DNA from: an uncultured Gammaproteobacteria bacterium
GTDB taxonomy: Bacteria > Pseudomonadota > Gammaproteobacteria > CAYTUN01
Length of the DNA: 58,646 nucleotides
Assembly (NCBI GenBank): GCA_964441315.1
Contig: CAYTUN010000002.1
Span: forward strand, 1 to 58,646
Reading direction: 5' to 3'
Shown here: positions 27,753 through 38,084 of the stretch, piece after piece
Position numbering within the stretch: the first letter of the stretch is position 1
Layout: the number at the start of each line of letters is the position of its first letter
The notes under the pieces: model-generated
The model's database searches: none
What the model was told of the DNA's origin: nothing
The model's input: the letters and a program-made list of their open reading frames with translations, nothing else
Position numbers and translations under genes: made by a program

Positions 27753-28660
27753 ATCAACTTGGCAAGACGGGCTAATTGAAATAATCCTTCGGTACTAACG
27801 CGATCCACATCATGAATTTCGGCGCGAATATTTTTTTGTGCGAACGCAATCTGATATAACTGCGCGACACGTTCATTGGCAACAATGCCAACCGGCATTT
27901 GTAAAACTTCAGGATAGTGTTGTAATCCTTGTTTAATTTCATAACCAATTAATAAACCCGATAAATAACTATGCACTTCAGTTTCAGCCAATTGTTTTGC
28001 TAATACTTTGGTGCGGCCTTGAAAAATTTGTGACAGCCACTCGTCGGTTTGTTCCGCTTCGTTTAATCCTTCAATAAATATATTTTCTACATGAATTTTT
28101 TGCGTCAGCAAGCGCGATAAAATGCTGTAACGCGCCAACAAAGTGAATAATTCACCGGTCATGTAGGTGGTAAATTTCGTGATGACATGGTCTTCGATGA
28201 TTGCCCATTTACTGTGCGTACCGGGCAAACAGAGCATTTGCCGCGATTTTTCTTGCTGGCCAATAGCACCGGCAATTTGCGTTTCTTCGCCACGCATCAC
28301 GTCATAGCGCTTCGCGCTATTGACATCAACACCGGGGACTATGAGTAAAGATCGGCCTAGCGCCTCAATCACTGTGAGATTATTTGCCAGCTGATTCAAG
28401 TTGCAGGGGCAGTGCTGGTAAGGGACTTCTACCCAACCTTGACGTGAGCCGATCATGCCCGACATGATGATTGGCAAATCGGGATATTTTTTTAGCCAGT
28501 CACCCACCGTAAATTGCAGCGCATCCTGAAAGCGGTTCTTACGAACATTTAAAATCCCGCGACGTGCAAATTTTTTCCCGAGGATTTTTCCGTCATCATC
28601 TAACAAAAAAACCCGCAAATTTGTGCTGCCCCAATCGCAGGCAATGAGCTTTGGTGTCAT
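27749..28660 (-). CDS. dgoK: 2-dehydro-3-deoxygalactonokinase
   Basis: IACDWGSTNLRVFLL, MRGEETQIAG, LPGTHSKW and YMTGELF align with E. coli DgoK (IAIDWGSTNLRAWL, MRGEETQLIG, MPGTHCKW, VMTGELH). Confidence 0.82.
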   Translation of the reverse strand: MTPKLIACDWGSTNLRVFLLDDDGKILGKKFARRGILNVRKNRFQDALQFTVGDWLKKYPDLPIIMSGMIGSRQGWVEVPYQHCPCNLNQLANNLTVIEALGRSLLIVPGVDVNSAKRYDVMRGEETQIAGAIGQQEKSRQMLCLPGTHSKWAIIEDHVITKFTTYMTGELFTLLARYSILSRLLTQKIHVENIFIEGLNEAEQTDEWLSQIFQGRTKVLAKQLAETEVHSYLSGLLIGYEIKQGLQHYPEVLQMPVGIVANERVAQLYQIAFAQKNIRAEIHDVDRVSTEGLFQLARLAKLI

Positions 28661-28819
28661 AAAAATCGAACCATCAATTTAAATTGGCCTGAAGTTTGTA
28701 ATAGCGTGTTTGGCTTGTCAACGAAGCCTCTTAAGCTTTGCAGTCAATTGCAATTCATTTATAAAGAATTTATCCTAGTTTATAAGTAACCTATAAACTC
28801 ATTATAAATTGATATAATT

Positions 28820-30004
28820 ATGGATCCTATACAGAACCCCTACGCGCCAGGCGCTGGCGCACCTCCTCCTGAGCTTGCTGGTCGCGCCGAATTGTTAATG
28901 AAAGCAAATGTTGCTTTGCAGCGCATTGCTTCTGGGCGGTTTGGGCGCAGTCTTATTTTAACGGGGCTAAGGGGGGTTGGGAAAACCGTGCTATTGAACC
29001 GTATTCGGCAAGAAGCTGATAAAGCCAATATGATCACAATTCGTCTTGAAGCTTCTGAAGGACGTTCTTTGCCCTCTTTATTGGCGCCCGGTTTAAATTC
29101 AGCGCTGTTGCAGCTGAGTCGTGGTAGAGCAGCAACTGATCTGGTGGTGCGCGGCTTCAAGGTATTGGCTAATTTTGTTCGGATGATGAAACTGAAATAT
29201 GGCGATGTTGAACTGGGGCTTGATATCGAACCAGAACCTCATTTATTTAGTTCAGAAGAACTGGAAGATAATTTATCGCAATTATTTCAGTCGGTGGCCG
29301 CAGCTGCTAAAGAAAAAGATACCGCTATTGTTTTGTTTATTGATGAACTTCAAGTGCTTGAAGAAAAGCAATTAGCCGCGCTCATCAGCGCATTTCATCT
29401 GCTTGCTCAAGATCTCTTGCCGATTACTCTCGTTGCAGCAGGGTTGCCCCAAATCCTGGCTAAAATGGGAGAAGCGAAAACTTATGCAGAACGATTATTC
29501 GAATTCCCAGAAATTGGACGCCTGGATCAGAAATCAGCCACTCAAGCACTCGTTGTTCCTGCCGAAAAATTAGGTGTTTGTTTCACAAAAGGCGCGCTAG
29601 AAGAAATTTTGCAGCAAACCGAAGGCTATGCGTATTTTTTGCAAGAATGGGGCAAGCATGCCTGGAATATTGCCAAAACCTCACCGATTACTGAAATTGA
29701 CGCCAAAGATGCCACGTTTCAAGCCATCGCGGAGCTGGATACAAGCTTTTTCAGGGTACGGTTTGATCAGTTAACCAATATGCAAAAACGTTATCTGCGC
29801 GCAATGGCCGAGTTAGGAGCCAAGGCGCATGGCTCGGGTGAAATCGCAAAAATATTAGGAAAAAAAGTAACTGATCTTGGTCCAGTGCGTGAACAGCTTA
29901 TTAATAAAGGGCTGATTTACAGCCCAGCTCATGGCGAAGCGGCATTTACCGTCCCTCTATTCGACGCTTATATGCGTCGAATTATGCGGGGACTTAGGGA
30001 ATAA
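28820..30004 (+). CDS. Stand-alone AAA/ORC-Cdc6-like ATPase with a C-terminal winged-helix-like region
   Basis: Walker A LTGLRGVGKTVLL and Walker B IVLFIDELQ. C-terminal YLRAMAELG...GEIAKILGK is HTH-like. Visibly GC-richer than its neighbours. Confidence 0.7.
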   Translation: MDPIQNPYAPGAGAPPPELAGRAELLMKANVALQRIASGRFGRSLILTGLRGVGKTVLLNRIRQEADKANMITIRLEASEGRSLPSLLAPGLNSALLQLSRGRAATDLVVRGFKVLANFVRMMKLKYGDVELGLDIEPEPHLFSSEELEDNLSQLFQSVAAAAKEKDTAIVLFIDELQVLEEKQLAALISAFHLLAQDLLPITLVAAGLPQILAKMGEAKTYAERLFEFPEIGRLDQKSATQALVVPAEKLGVCFTKGALEEILQQTEGYAYFLQEWGKHAWNIAKTSPITEIDAKDATFQAIAELDTSFFRVRFDQLTNMQKRYLRAMAELGAKAHGSGEIAKILGKKVTDLGPVREQLINKGLIYSPAHGEAAFTVPLFDAYMRRIMRGLRE

Positions 30005-30031
30005 AATTTTATATTGCGAACACTAAAAAAA

Positions 30032-30925
30032 TTAAGCTTGTCTCAAGATATTGCTCGTCACTTGTTTTACAAGCGCATTAAAAGCTTTATGTTTTTTATT
30101 TTCAATCGCCCAGCTATGCCAATAAACTGGCATTTGCCAAACTTTATCGGGGAATAAATTGATTAATTTTTTCTGTATTAATTCTTTTTTAATATCAATT
30201 TCAGGTATCAGTGCATAAGCATAGCCTTTTAATGCAAATTGGCGAAATCCTGTCACCGAAGGAACGACATGATGATTGAGTTGAGATTTAGCTATTTTAA
30301 AAAATTTCTCAAGATAACGGGCATGTAAATCATCTTTATGATCAAAAATAATCGAAGGAGCGTTAATTAAACGAGTATTTATATTTTTATGATTTGAGAA
30401 ATGTTTTTTTATAAAAGCAGGTGAGGCTACTAAAACATAATCAAAAAAGCCGATGAATTCTGCCTGGCAACCATTAATCGGTTTAGCTATGCTGGAAGCA
30501 CAAGCAGAAACCAGGCCTTTTTTCAAATAATCCAATGTCATTTCTTGATCATCAGCAATAATTTCTAACTTAATATCAGCCGATAAAGCGCTGAATTTTT
30601 CCATCACTTTGCCAAACCAGGTTTCCAGGCTATCGCGGCTGATGGCAACCGAAATCGTTGGCGCTTCCACCGCCATACTCATTTCAGAATGCAGGCAAGT
30701 TTCCAAAAACATTAATTGTTTATAGTGGCCCAATAACGTTTTGCCTAATTCCGTCGGTTCATAAGGTTGTGAGCGAATCAAAACCGGCTTGCCAAAATGG
30801 TTTTCCAAAGATTGGATCCGCTGTGAAACAGCGGATTGAGTGATAAAAAGCTTTTGTGCGGCGGCCTCAAACCCTTGTGTTTCAATCACAGCGTGTAAAG
30901 CAGCAATCGCGCGATAATCTAGCAT
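30032..30925 (-). CDS. argP: LysR-family regulator ArgP (IciA)
   Basis: [25 protein letters not shown] matches E. coli ArgP [25 protein letters not shown]. Divergent from an ArgO/LysE exporter gene. Confidence 0.8.
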   Translation of the reverse strand: [297 protein letters not shown]

Positions 30926-31029
30926 AACGCCTCATTAGAAAAATTAATAATATATAAAAATAATTAATTATACTTAATATGTAGCTCCTAGTAAAATTCC
31001 CTGAGATGAATTTTTGGGAGGAAAAAACT

Positions 31030-31644
31030 ATGACACATGCTTTTTTATACGGTCTTGTTTTAGCTTTTGGTTTGATTATTCCATTAGGCGTGCAAAATAT
31101 TTTCATTTTTAATCAGGGCGCATCGCAGCCGCGTTTTATTATGGCCATGCCAAGCGTTTTGACAGCAGCAATCTGCGATACTTTACTGATTTTGATTGCA
31201 GTTTTAGGAGTATCGTTGATTGTTTTAACGATAACGTGGTTAAAAAATAGTATTCTTATCGCAGGCGCTGGTTTTTTATTTTATATGGGATGGATAACCT
31301 GGAAAAACAATCATAAAAATGTTGCGAACAATACACCGCCCTACTCTGCCAAACGCCAAATCTTGTTTGCTGCCAGCGTTTCATTGCTTAATCCGCATGC
31401 ATTAATTGATAGCATCAGCGTCATCGGCAGCAATGCATTAAATTTTTCTGGAAAAGAGCGTATCTGTTACACATTAGCTTGTGTAATGATTTCCTGGGCC
31501 TGGTTTTTGGCTTTATCAATAGCAGGGCATTTTTTTCATCGGCTAGATAAATCAGGTTTAACAATTAAGTTTATCAATAAATTTTCTGCACTGATTATGT
31601 GGGCAGTGGCGGTTTATATTGTTGGAAAATTATTTTTTTACTAA
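31030..31644 (+). CDS. argO: LysE/ArgO-family basic amino acid exporter
   Basis: ~204 aa, 5-6 TM helices, N-terminus FLYGLVLAFGLIIPLGVQNIF. ggagg SD before the ATG at 31030. Paired with argP. Confidence 0.75.
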   Translation: MTHAFLYGLVLAFGLIIPLGVQNIFIFNQGASQPRFIMAMPSVLTAAICDTLLILIAVLGVSLIVLTITWLKNSILIAGAGFLFYMGWITWKNNHKNVANNTPPYSAKRQILFAASVSLLNPHALIDSISVIGSNALNFSGKERICYTLACVMISWAWFLALSIAGHFFHRLDKSGLTIKFINKFSALIMWAVAVYIVGKLFFY

Positions 31645-31789
31645 GGGCTGTTTATATTTGCTTAATTCTGCTGCAAAAAAACAATTGTAAATAGATCATG
31701 ATAATTGCACCGCAACTTTTGACTCGGCTTGCAGCGATTTTCTGCAACATGCATAATGCAGTCCCTTTTCTTATTGCTAGCTAATACTT

Positions 31790-33508
31790 ATGGCCGCAAA
31801 AAAATATCGTAGCTCACAATGGTTCGGCAAATTAGACCGTGATGGTTTTATTCATCGTTCCTGGATGAAAAACCAGGGTTTTCCGGATGATGCGTTTGAT
31901 GGCCGTCCCGTCATTGGCATTTGTAATAGCGCCTCGGAATTAACGCCTTGTAATAATCATTTACGTTATGTCGTTAATGCCGTCAAAGCTGGCGTTTGGG
32001 AAGCTGGCGGTTTTCCGCTGGAATTTCCAACTATGTCTTTGGGTGAAACCAATTTACGCCCGACGGCGATGTTGTTTCGTAACTTAATGAGCATGGATGT
32101 CGAAGAGTCGATCCGTGGTAATCCGCTGGATGGCGTCGTTTTAATGGCAGGCTGTGATAAAACCACACCGGCGCAAATTATGGGCGCTGCCAGCGTTGGC
32201 TTACCAACGATTATGATCAGCGGCGGCCCGATGTTGAATGGCAAATATAAGGGCTGTGATATCGGCTCTGGTACGGATGTGTGGAAGTTCAGTGAAGCGG
32301 TTCGCGCTGGCGAAATGTCGGCACAAGACTTTTTCGCGGCAGAAAACGGTATGTCGCGGAGCCATGGCCACTGCAATACCATGGGCACTGCCTCCACCAT
32401 GACCAATCTGTCAGAAGCGCTCGGCCTACAATTGCCTGGCTCTGCTGCCATTCCAGCGGTCGACGCTAGGCGTTATCGCAGCGCTCACATGGCTGGCCGC
32501 CGGATTGTTGAAATGGTCAAAGAAGATTTAACGATTGATAAAATTTTAACGCGTCAGGCGTTCGAGAATGCGCTTCGTGTGAATGCGGCGATTGGCGGCT
32601 CAACCAATGCGATCATTCATCTGCTTGCTATGGCAAGACGCATCGGTGTGCCATTGGTATTGGATGATTTTGATCAGCTGACTAAAGATATTCCTTTGCT
32701 AGTCAATCTAAAGCCCAGCGGCAAATATTTGATGGAAGATTTTTATTATGCCGGTGGCTTGAAAGCTGTGATGAAAAACATGGGCAATTTATTGCATCAG
32801 GACATTATGACTGTCAGCGGCAAAACCGTTGCTGAAAATGTAGCGGATGCCGAAACCTACAATGCAGATGTCATTGCCACTTTGGAGAAGCCCTTCCATG
32901 CCCATGGCTCGACTGCTGTTTTAAAAGGAAACCTCGCACCCAATGGCGCGGTGATTAAACGTTCGGCTGCTTCAGCCCATTTACTAAAACACCGTGGCCG
33001 TGCGGTTGTATTTGAAACGATTGAAGATTTCAAAGCACGAGTTGATGATCCCAATCTCGACATTGATGAAAATTGCATTATGGTGCTCAAAAACTGCGGC
33101 CCCAAAGGCTATCCTGGCATGCCGGAAGTGGGCAATATGCCGCTGCCACAAAAGCTTCTGCAAAAAGGCATTACCGATATGATTCGGATTAGTGACGCGC
33201 GTATGAGTGGTACTGCCTATGGCACTGTCATCCTGCATGTCAGTCCGGAAGCGGCTATTGGCGGCACTTTAGCTCTGGTAGAAAATGGCGACATGATTGA
33301 TGTTGATGTTGAGGCCAGACGATTGCATTTAATGGTATCTGATGAAGAACTCGCTAAACGCCGTAACAACTGGCGTCCCCTTGATCTCGGCTATCATCGT
33401 GGTTATGCCAAATTATATATCGACCATGTAAATCAGTCGCATGAAGGCGCCGATCTGGATTTTCTGGTAGGGAAAAGTGGTAGCGTGGTCAAACGTGAAT
33501 CGCATTAG
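31790..33508 (+). CDS. IlvD/Edd-family sugar-acid dehydratase (pentonate/hexonate dehydratase-like)
   Basis: SQWFGKLDRDGFIHRSWMKNQGFPDDAFDGRPVIGICNS..TPCN, VKAGVWEAGGFPLEFP, GCDKTTP, and SDARMSGT. Confidence 0.88.
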   Translation: MAAKKYRSSQWFGKLDRDGFIHRSWMKNQGFPDDAFDGRPVIGICNSASELTPCNNHLRYVVNAVKAGVWEAGGFPLEFPTMSLGETNLRPTAMLFRNLMSMDVEESIRGNPLDGVVLMAGCDKTTPAQIMGAASVGLPTIMISGGPMLNGKYKGCDIGSGTDVWKFSEAVRAGEMSAQDFFAAENGMSRSHGHCNTMGTASTMTNLSEALGLQLPGSAAIPAVDARRYRSAHMAGRRIVEMVKEDLTIDKILTRQAFENALRVNAAIGGSTNAIIHLLAMARRIGVPLVLDDFDQLTKDIPLLVNLKPSGKYLMEDFYYAGGLKAVMKNMGNLLHQDIMTVSGKTVAENVADAETYNADVIATLEKPFHAHGSTAVLKGNLAPNGAVIKRSAASAHLLKHRGRAVVFETIEDFKARVDDPNLDIDENCIMVLKNCGPKGYPGMPEVGNMPLPQKLLQKGITDMIRISDARMSGTAYGTVILHVSPEAAIGGTLALVENGDMIDVDVEARRLHLMVSDEELAKRRNNWRPLDLGYHRGYAKLYIDHVNQSHEGADLDFLVGKSGSVVKRESH

Positions 33509-33529
33509 GACGAATAGGAACTGAGAATA

Positions 33530-35170
33530 ATGTTACAAAACCACCTGAATCCCATCGACTGGCTGATTGTTATTATTTATTTTATTTTTGTTTTGACGAT
33601 TGGCTGGTATGTCAAAAAACAAACCAAAACCGGCAATGATTTTTTTCTGGCGGGCCGTAGAAATTCTTCCTGGGTAGCTGGCATTGCATTTTTGAGCGCC
33701 AATATGGGTGCTCTGGAATTGCTCGGCATGTCGGGACAAGCTTATCAATATGGCATTTTAACAGCGCATTTTTACTTGATTGGCGCAATCCCCGCGATGT
33801 TATTTTTAGGCATATTTATGATGCCATTTTATTATTCCAGCCGGATCCACTCGGTACCTGCTTATTTAAATTATCGTTTTAATCCACAAACGCGTACTTT
33901 AAATGCAATCGCTTTCGCGATCATGACGCTTTTGATGGCGGGGATTAATCTCTATGCGATGGCCTTGGTATTACATGTTTTTGTTGGCTGGGACATCAGC
34001 ATTAGCATGTGGGTATCTTCCATCACGATTGCCATTTATATTTTTCTTGGCGGTTTAACTTCGGCGATTTTTTCTGAAGTCTTGCAGTTTTTTCTCATTT
34101 GGGCAGGTTTATTGCTCGCTGTCATTTTGGGCCTGATTGATGTCGGCGGCTGGAATGAAATCATGCAGCGGGTGCCAGAAGGTTATACCCATCTTTGGTC
34201 AACAACCGCTAATGCTAGCCACAACCCCATGTTGATTGACTGGTTTGGCATTGCCATGGGATTAGGTTTTGTTCTTTCATTTGGTTATTGGACGACGGAT
34301 TTTCTCGTAGTGCAGCGCGCTTTCTCCGCACGCGATGTGCGCTCGGCGCAAATGACACCGATTTTGGCTTCATTCTTTAAGATGGCTTTGCCAATCATCG
34401 TCGTTTCTGCTGGACTCATCGCTCTGGTATTAGCAAAGAATCATCAAATTGATCCGCCTGCCCGCGCTGACGATGCCTTGTTAATTTTAATTGACCGTTA
34501 TTATCCACATGGCCTATTAGGCTTGGGCGTGACGGCCTTATTGGCTGGATTTATGTCCGGACAAGCCGGTAATATCAGTGCTTTTAATACAGTTTTTACC
34601 TATGATCTTTATAAAGCCCACATGAATAAAGAAGCTTCAGATGCGCATTATTTATGGGTGGGCCGAGTTGCGACCATTGCGGGAATATTTTTAAGCATTA
34701 TGACTGCTTACTGGGCGATGGGCATGCCAACGATCATGGAATACATGCAAGCTTTATTTTCGATCGTCAATGCGCCCTTATTCGCCACCATTATCCTTGG
34801 CATGTTCTGGAAACGCATTAATGGCACCGGTGCTTTCTGGGGTTTGTTAATTGGCATGGTCAGTTCAGCCAGCATGTTTTTATTAGTCAAATGGGGTTGG
34901 CTGGATGCTGCTACCTTTACCGTAAGTTCAGTCACTAGCCCGATGGCAGCCGATTTCTGGCGCGCGATTTGGGCCTGGTTAATTACTTTTAGCATTACCA
35001 TTGTGGTAAGCCTTTTCACCAAACCGCAAGATGAAGCATCTTTGCGTGGCTTAGTGCGCCACTTGACGCCAATTGATCACTATAAAAATTTGCCCTTATT
35101 GCGCCGCCCTGTCTTTTGGGCAGTAATTTCATTAGTAATCTTCCTGGCAATTAACATAATTTTTTGGTGA
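33530..35170 (+). CDS. Sodium:solute symporter (SSS family)
   Basis: 546 aa with ~13 TM helices. N-terminus FFLAGRRNSSWVAGIAFLSANMGALELLG is typical of SSS transporters. Confidence 0.85.
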   Translation: MLQNHLNPIDWLIVIIYFIFVLTIGWYVKKQTKTGNDFFLAGRRNSSWVAGIAFLSANMGALELLGMSGQAYQYGILTAHFYLIGAIPAMLFLGIFMMPFYYSSRIHSVPAYLNYRFNPQTRTLNAIAFAIMTLLMAGINLYAMALVLHVFVGWDISISMWVSSITIAIYIFLGGLTSAIFSEVLQFFLIWAGLLLAVILGLIDVGGWNEIMQRVPEGYTHLWSTTANASHNPMLIDWFGIAMGLGFVLSFGYWTTDFLVVQRAFSARDVRSAQMTPILASFFKMALPIIVVSAGLIALVLAKNHQIDPPARADDALLILIDRYYPHGLLGLGVTALLAGFMSGQAGNISAFNTVFTYDLYKAHMNKEASDAHYLWVGRVATIAGIFLSIMTAYWAMGMPTIMEYMQALFSIVNAPLFATIILGMFWKRINGTGAFWGLLIGMVSSASMFLLVKWGWLDAATFTVSSVTSPMAADFWRAIWAWLITFSITIVVSLFTKPQDEASLRGLVRHLTPIDHYKNLPLLRRPVFWAVISLVIFLAINIIFW

Positions 35171-35177
35171 TACACGC

Positions 35178-35381
35178 ATGAAAAACGCAAGTATTTGGTA
35201 TTTTGTCGCTTTAATGTTCTTAATTTATGGCGCGATTATTTTTATTTACGGCATGTACTTCTGGGCTAATCAAGCAGCACCGAGTAAGGCACTTGATAAT
35301 CTGCATCCTTCGGTTTGGTGGGGATTATTGATGCTGGCGTTTGGGGGGGTGGTTTTTTATTTGAATTTTAAAAAGAAATAA
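35178..35381 (+). CDS. Small two-TM membrane protein downstream of the symporter
   Basis: 67-aa ORF starting 7 nt after the symporter stop. Two hydrophobic helices. Contains a G7 run at ~35344. Confidence 0.5.
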   Translation: MKNASIWYFVALMFLIYGAIIFIYGMYFWANQAAPSKALDNLHPSVWWGLLMLAFGGVVFYLNFKKK

Positions 35382-35487
35382 TATTTTGCCGTAAGCGGCA
35401 AAATAAAAGTATTTGGCAATTTTCTCGCTACAAAAATGCTTATTGATTTTTTTATTCTTTTCAATAATTAAGAATCAGGGAAAAAAT

Positions 35488-36419
35488 TATGACACCGGAT
35501 GATTTATACAAGCAAATTAGCATGCGGCTGCAAGGTTATTTAAAAACTAAAACTATCAACGCTCCTGCTCATGCAAAACTGGTAATTAAAAAAAAATTCT
35601 CCCGGTTTTAAAAAGCCTTGGCGAGTAACTGATAAAACTTTTGTATTAGAAGTTCAAAAACCGTCACTCATCCCATTTGAATTAAAAGTTATTGATGGCA
35701 GAAAAATTACTTTAAACAAGAGAGGTTCTACTCATCCAATTGATAGTGATAGCTTTACACAAGCTGCTTTAAGCGAAGTCAAAAATGAAAAGAAACGTAT
35801 ATTGGAAATCGGAGCTGCTTATGGCGATGTAAGCCTCAAGTTTGTCGAAACTGGAAAAGGAAATAAAACCAAAGCCGTTGCTGTTGACATTGATCCCCGC
35901 CACCTCGAAATATTAAAAAACCATATTCCTGCCAATTTCAGCAGCCGAATAACCTGTGTTGCTGGTCAATTTCCTGAAAAGCTGGAATTTCCTGATAATT
36001 ATTTTGATACGATCCTTGCAAATCATTTATTTCATTTTTTAGAAGGTAAGCAAATAGAGCAAGGAATTAAAAAAATGCATCGCTGGCTAAAGCCAGGTGG
36101 CAAAATTGTTGTTGTGACAGCTACACCATTTACAAAGCCATTTGAATCAAAAGGTTTTACTTCAATTTTTGAAGAAAAGAAAAAAGAAAAAAAAGTGTTC
36201 CCAGGTTTTATTCATAATTTTCATTATTATCTTCCTCCAGAATCAGCTGCTAACCAGCCAGAATTTTTTCATACTTTTGATAAGGAAATTTTGACTGAAT
36301 TATTTAAAACACATAATTTTGAGATTGTGAAAGCAGAATATGCAGAAAGTTTAATATCAGAAATTCGCACTGGAAGAAAAGAAGAATTAGTCGGTGTGAT
36401 TGCTCAAGCAAAAAAATAA
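35488..36419 (+). pseudogene. Class I SAM-dependent methyltransferase split by a frameshift at an A9 tract (3' part is ORF 35802..36419)
   Basis: An ATG at ~35488 opens a frame that stops at ~35608. The methyltransferase frame (motif I ILEIGAAYGD, then LKPGGKIVVV) is open back to ~35585. The two frames overlap only in aaaaaaaaa (~35587-35595). Confidence 0.65.
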
Positions 36420-36451
36420 AAGTTTTAGCTGTAAGCGCTATGGCTGATTAT

Positions 36452-36650
36452 TGCCAACTTCTTGTCAGGAGATTGCCGCGTCCGCTACGCTCCCTCGCAA
36501 TGACAAAGCGTTATTATTTTAGCATTCATCAACTTCGCAGTTACGTAGAGCAACAATATAGAAACAAATAATATAAAAGCAGCATTTTAATTTTCTTGTC
36601 ATTGCGAGGGAGCGTAGCGGACGCGGCAATCTCCTGACAAGAAGTTGGCG
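36452..36650. repeat. Family-2 palindromic element (units facing outward)
   Basis: gccaacttcttgtcaggagattgccgcgtccgctacgctccctcgcaatgacaaag ... cttgtcattgcgagggagcgtagcggacgcggcaatctcctgacaagaagttggcg, between convergent genes. Confidence 0.88.
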
Positions 36651-36698
36651 CTATAGCTAATACAGATTGTTAATGAGAGAGTGGCCTACGCTAAAAAA

Positions 36699-37139
36699 CT
36701 AACGCTGTCTAATCCATTCCTGCGTGCGGCCTAAAAGAGAAATGCCAATATAGCCACGCACTTTCAGCGTTTTGCCATCGGGAGATAAGCTTAATTTGAC
36801 GCGATAAAGTTTACCGTTTTTGGGATCTAAAATACGGCCTTCGCCCCATTCGTTATTACCGGTGGGTTTGACATTCCACATGAAGGTCAAATTTTCAATG
36901 GGCTTGCCTTTTAATTCACCGGGGCAGTTGTGACAGATGCCGGTGTCGCCGGGTTGGGGGAAAACTTTTAAAATTTTTGCGAAATATTCATTTTTTTCGG
37001 TGTAAATTTGGACAATGCTGCGGGGTTTATTGGTTTTGTCATCGATGGTGAGCCATTTTCCAGCGGGGCTTAATTCGGCAAAAATACTGAGCGAAATGAA
37101 CGAAAGCAAAACGACCGATAAAACTTGCAGTTTTTTCAT
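36699..37139 (-). CDS. DUF2147-domain periplasmic protein
   Basis: Signal peptide, then GKWLTIDDKTNKPRSIV, CHNCPGELKGKP, GRILDPKNGKLYRVKL and LKVRGYIG. Confidence 0.72.
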   Translation of the reverse strand: MKKLQVLSVVLLSFISLSIFAELSPAGKWLTIDDKTNKPRSIVQIYTEKNEYFAKILKVFPQPGDTGICHNCPGELKGKPIENLTFMWNVKPTGNNEWGEGRILDPKNGKLYRVKLSLSPDGKTLKVRGYIGISLLGRTQEWIRQR

Positions 37140-37166
37140 GAACTTTCCTTATTTAAATTTGCTCAA

Positions 37167-38084
37167 CTAGCGGCTGCTAGGCGCCCATACCGGAACAAAA
37201 GCAACCGGCATCCGTGCTTCATCTTCATAAGTGACGATTTCATATGCCGTTTGATCTGCGAGCAATGCCTGGCGCAATTGGTTATTGAGCTTGTGGCCGG
37301 ATTTATAGCCAACGTAGGCGCCAATCATGCTATAGCCTAATAAATACATATCGCCGATGGCATCGAGAATTTTATGCTTAACAAATTCATCGTTGTAACG
37401 TAAGCCGTCTTCATTAAGAATGCGGTAGTCATCTAACACAATCGTATTATCAAGACTTCCGCCCAGACCTAAATTATTTTTTCTGAGCATTTCACATTCG
37501 GCTAAAAAACCGAAAGTGCGGGCACGGCTGACTTCTTTGATGTAAGAACTACTGGAAAAATCAATTTCAGCACGTTGGATGCTGGAACGGATTGCGGGGT
37601 GATTGAATTGGATAGTGAAATCGACTTTGAAGCCTTCATAAGGTTCTAAAGCTGCCCATTTATCGCCATCTTCAACGCGAATTGCTTTTTTCACTTTAAT
37701 AAAACGTTTAGGCGCATTTTGCTCAATGACGCCGGCGGATTGCATAAGAAAAACAAACGGTGCTGCGCTGCCATCCATAGTAGGTAATTCGCTAGCCGTT
37801 AAATCAACATAAGCGTTATCAATGCCCAAGCCAGCAAAAGCCGAGAGAATATGCTCAACGGTTGAGACCTTAGCGCCGTCTTTCATCAAGCAGGTATTGA
37901 GCGTGGTATCGCCAACGTAATCCGCCCCAGCAGGAATATCAATCGGGCTGTCAAAATCGGTGCGGCGAAACACAATGCCAGTATTCGGCTGAGCAGGCCT
38001 TAAAGTCAAATAAACCGGTTCCCCACTATGCAATGCCACTCCCGTGGCCTTAATGCTATTTTTTAAAGTCCTTTGCTTAATCAT
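37167..38084 (-). CDS. lpxC: UDP-3-O-acyl-N-acetylglucosamine deacetylase
   Basis: [24 protein letters not shown] matches the E. coli LpxC N-terminus. HKILDAIGD motif present. Lies downstream of ftsZ. Confidence 0.93.
   Translation of the reverse strand: MIKQRTLKNSIKATGVALHSGEPVYLTLRPAQPNTGIVFRRTDFDSPIDIPAGADYVGDTTLNTCLMKDGAKVSTVEHILSAFAGLGIDNAYVDLTASELPTMDGSAAPFVFLMQSAGVIEQNAPKRFIKVKKAIRVEDGDKWAALEPYEGFKVDFTIQFNHPAIRSSIQRAEIDFSSSSYIKEVSRARTFGFLAECEMLRKNNLGLGGSLDNTIVLDDYRILNEDGLRYNDEFVKHKILDAIGDMYLLGYSMIGAYVGYKSGHKLNNQLRQALLADQTAYEIVTYEDEARMPVAFVPVWAPSSR

Noticed and set aside
31966-32451. 161-aa minus-strand ORF inside the IlvD/Edd dehydratase gene
   Set aside because: It is a shadow ORF opposite a strongly supported CDS, with no motifs.
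35384-35405. Hairpin attttgccg-taag-cggcaaaat after the small membrane protein gene as a terminator
   Set aside because: The stem is short and AT-rich, and it is not followed by a T-run on the plus strand. That is too weak to call.
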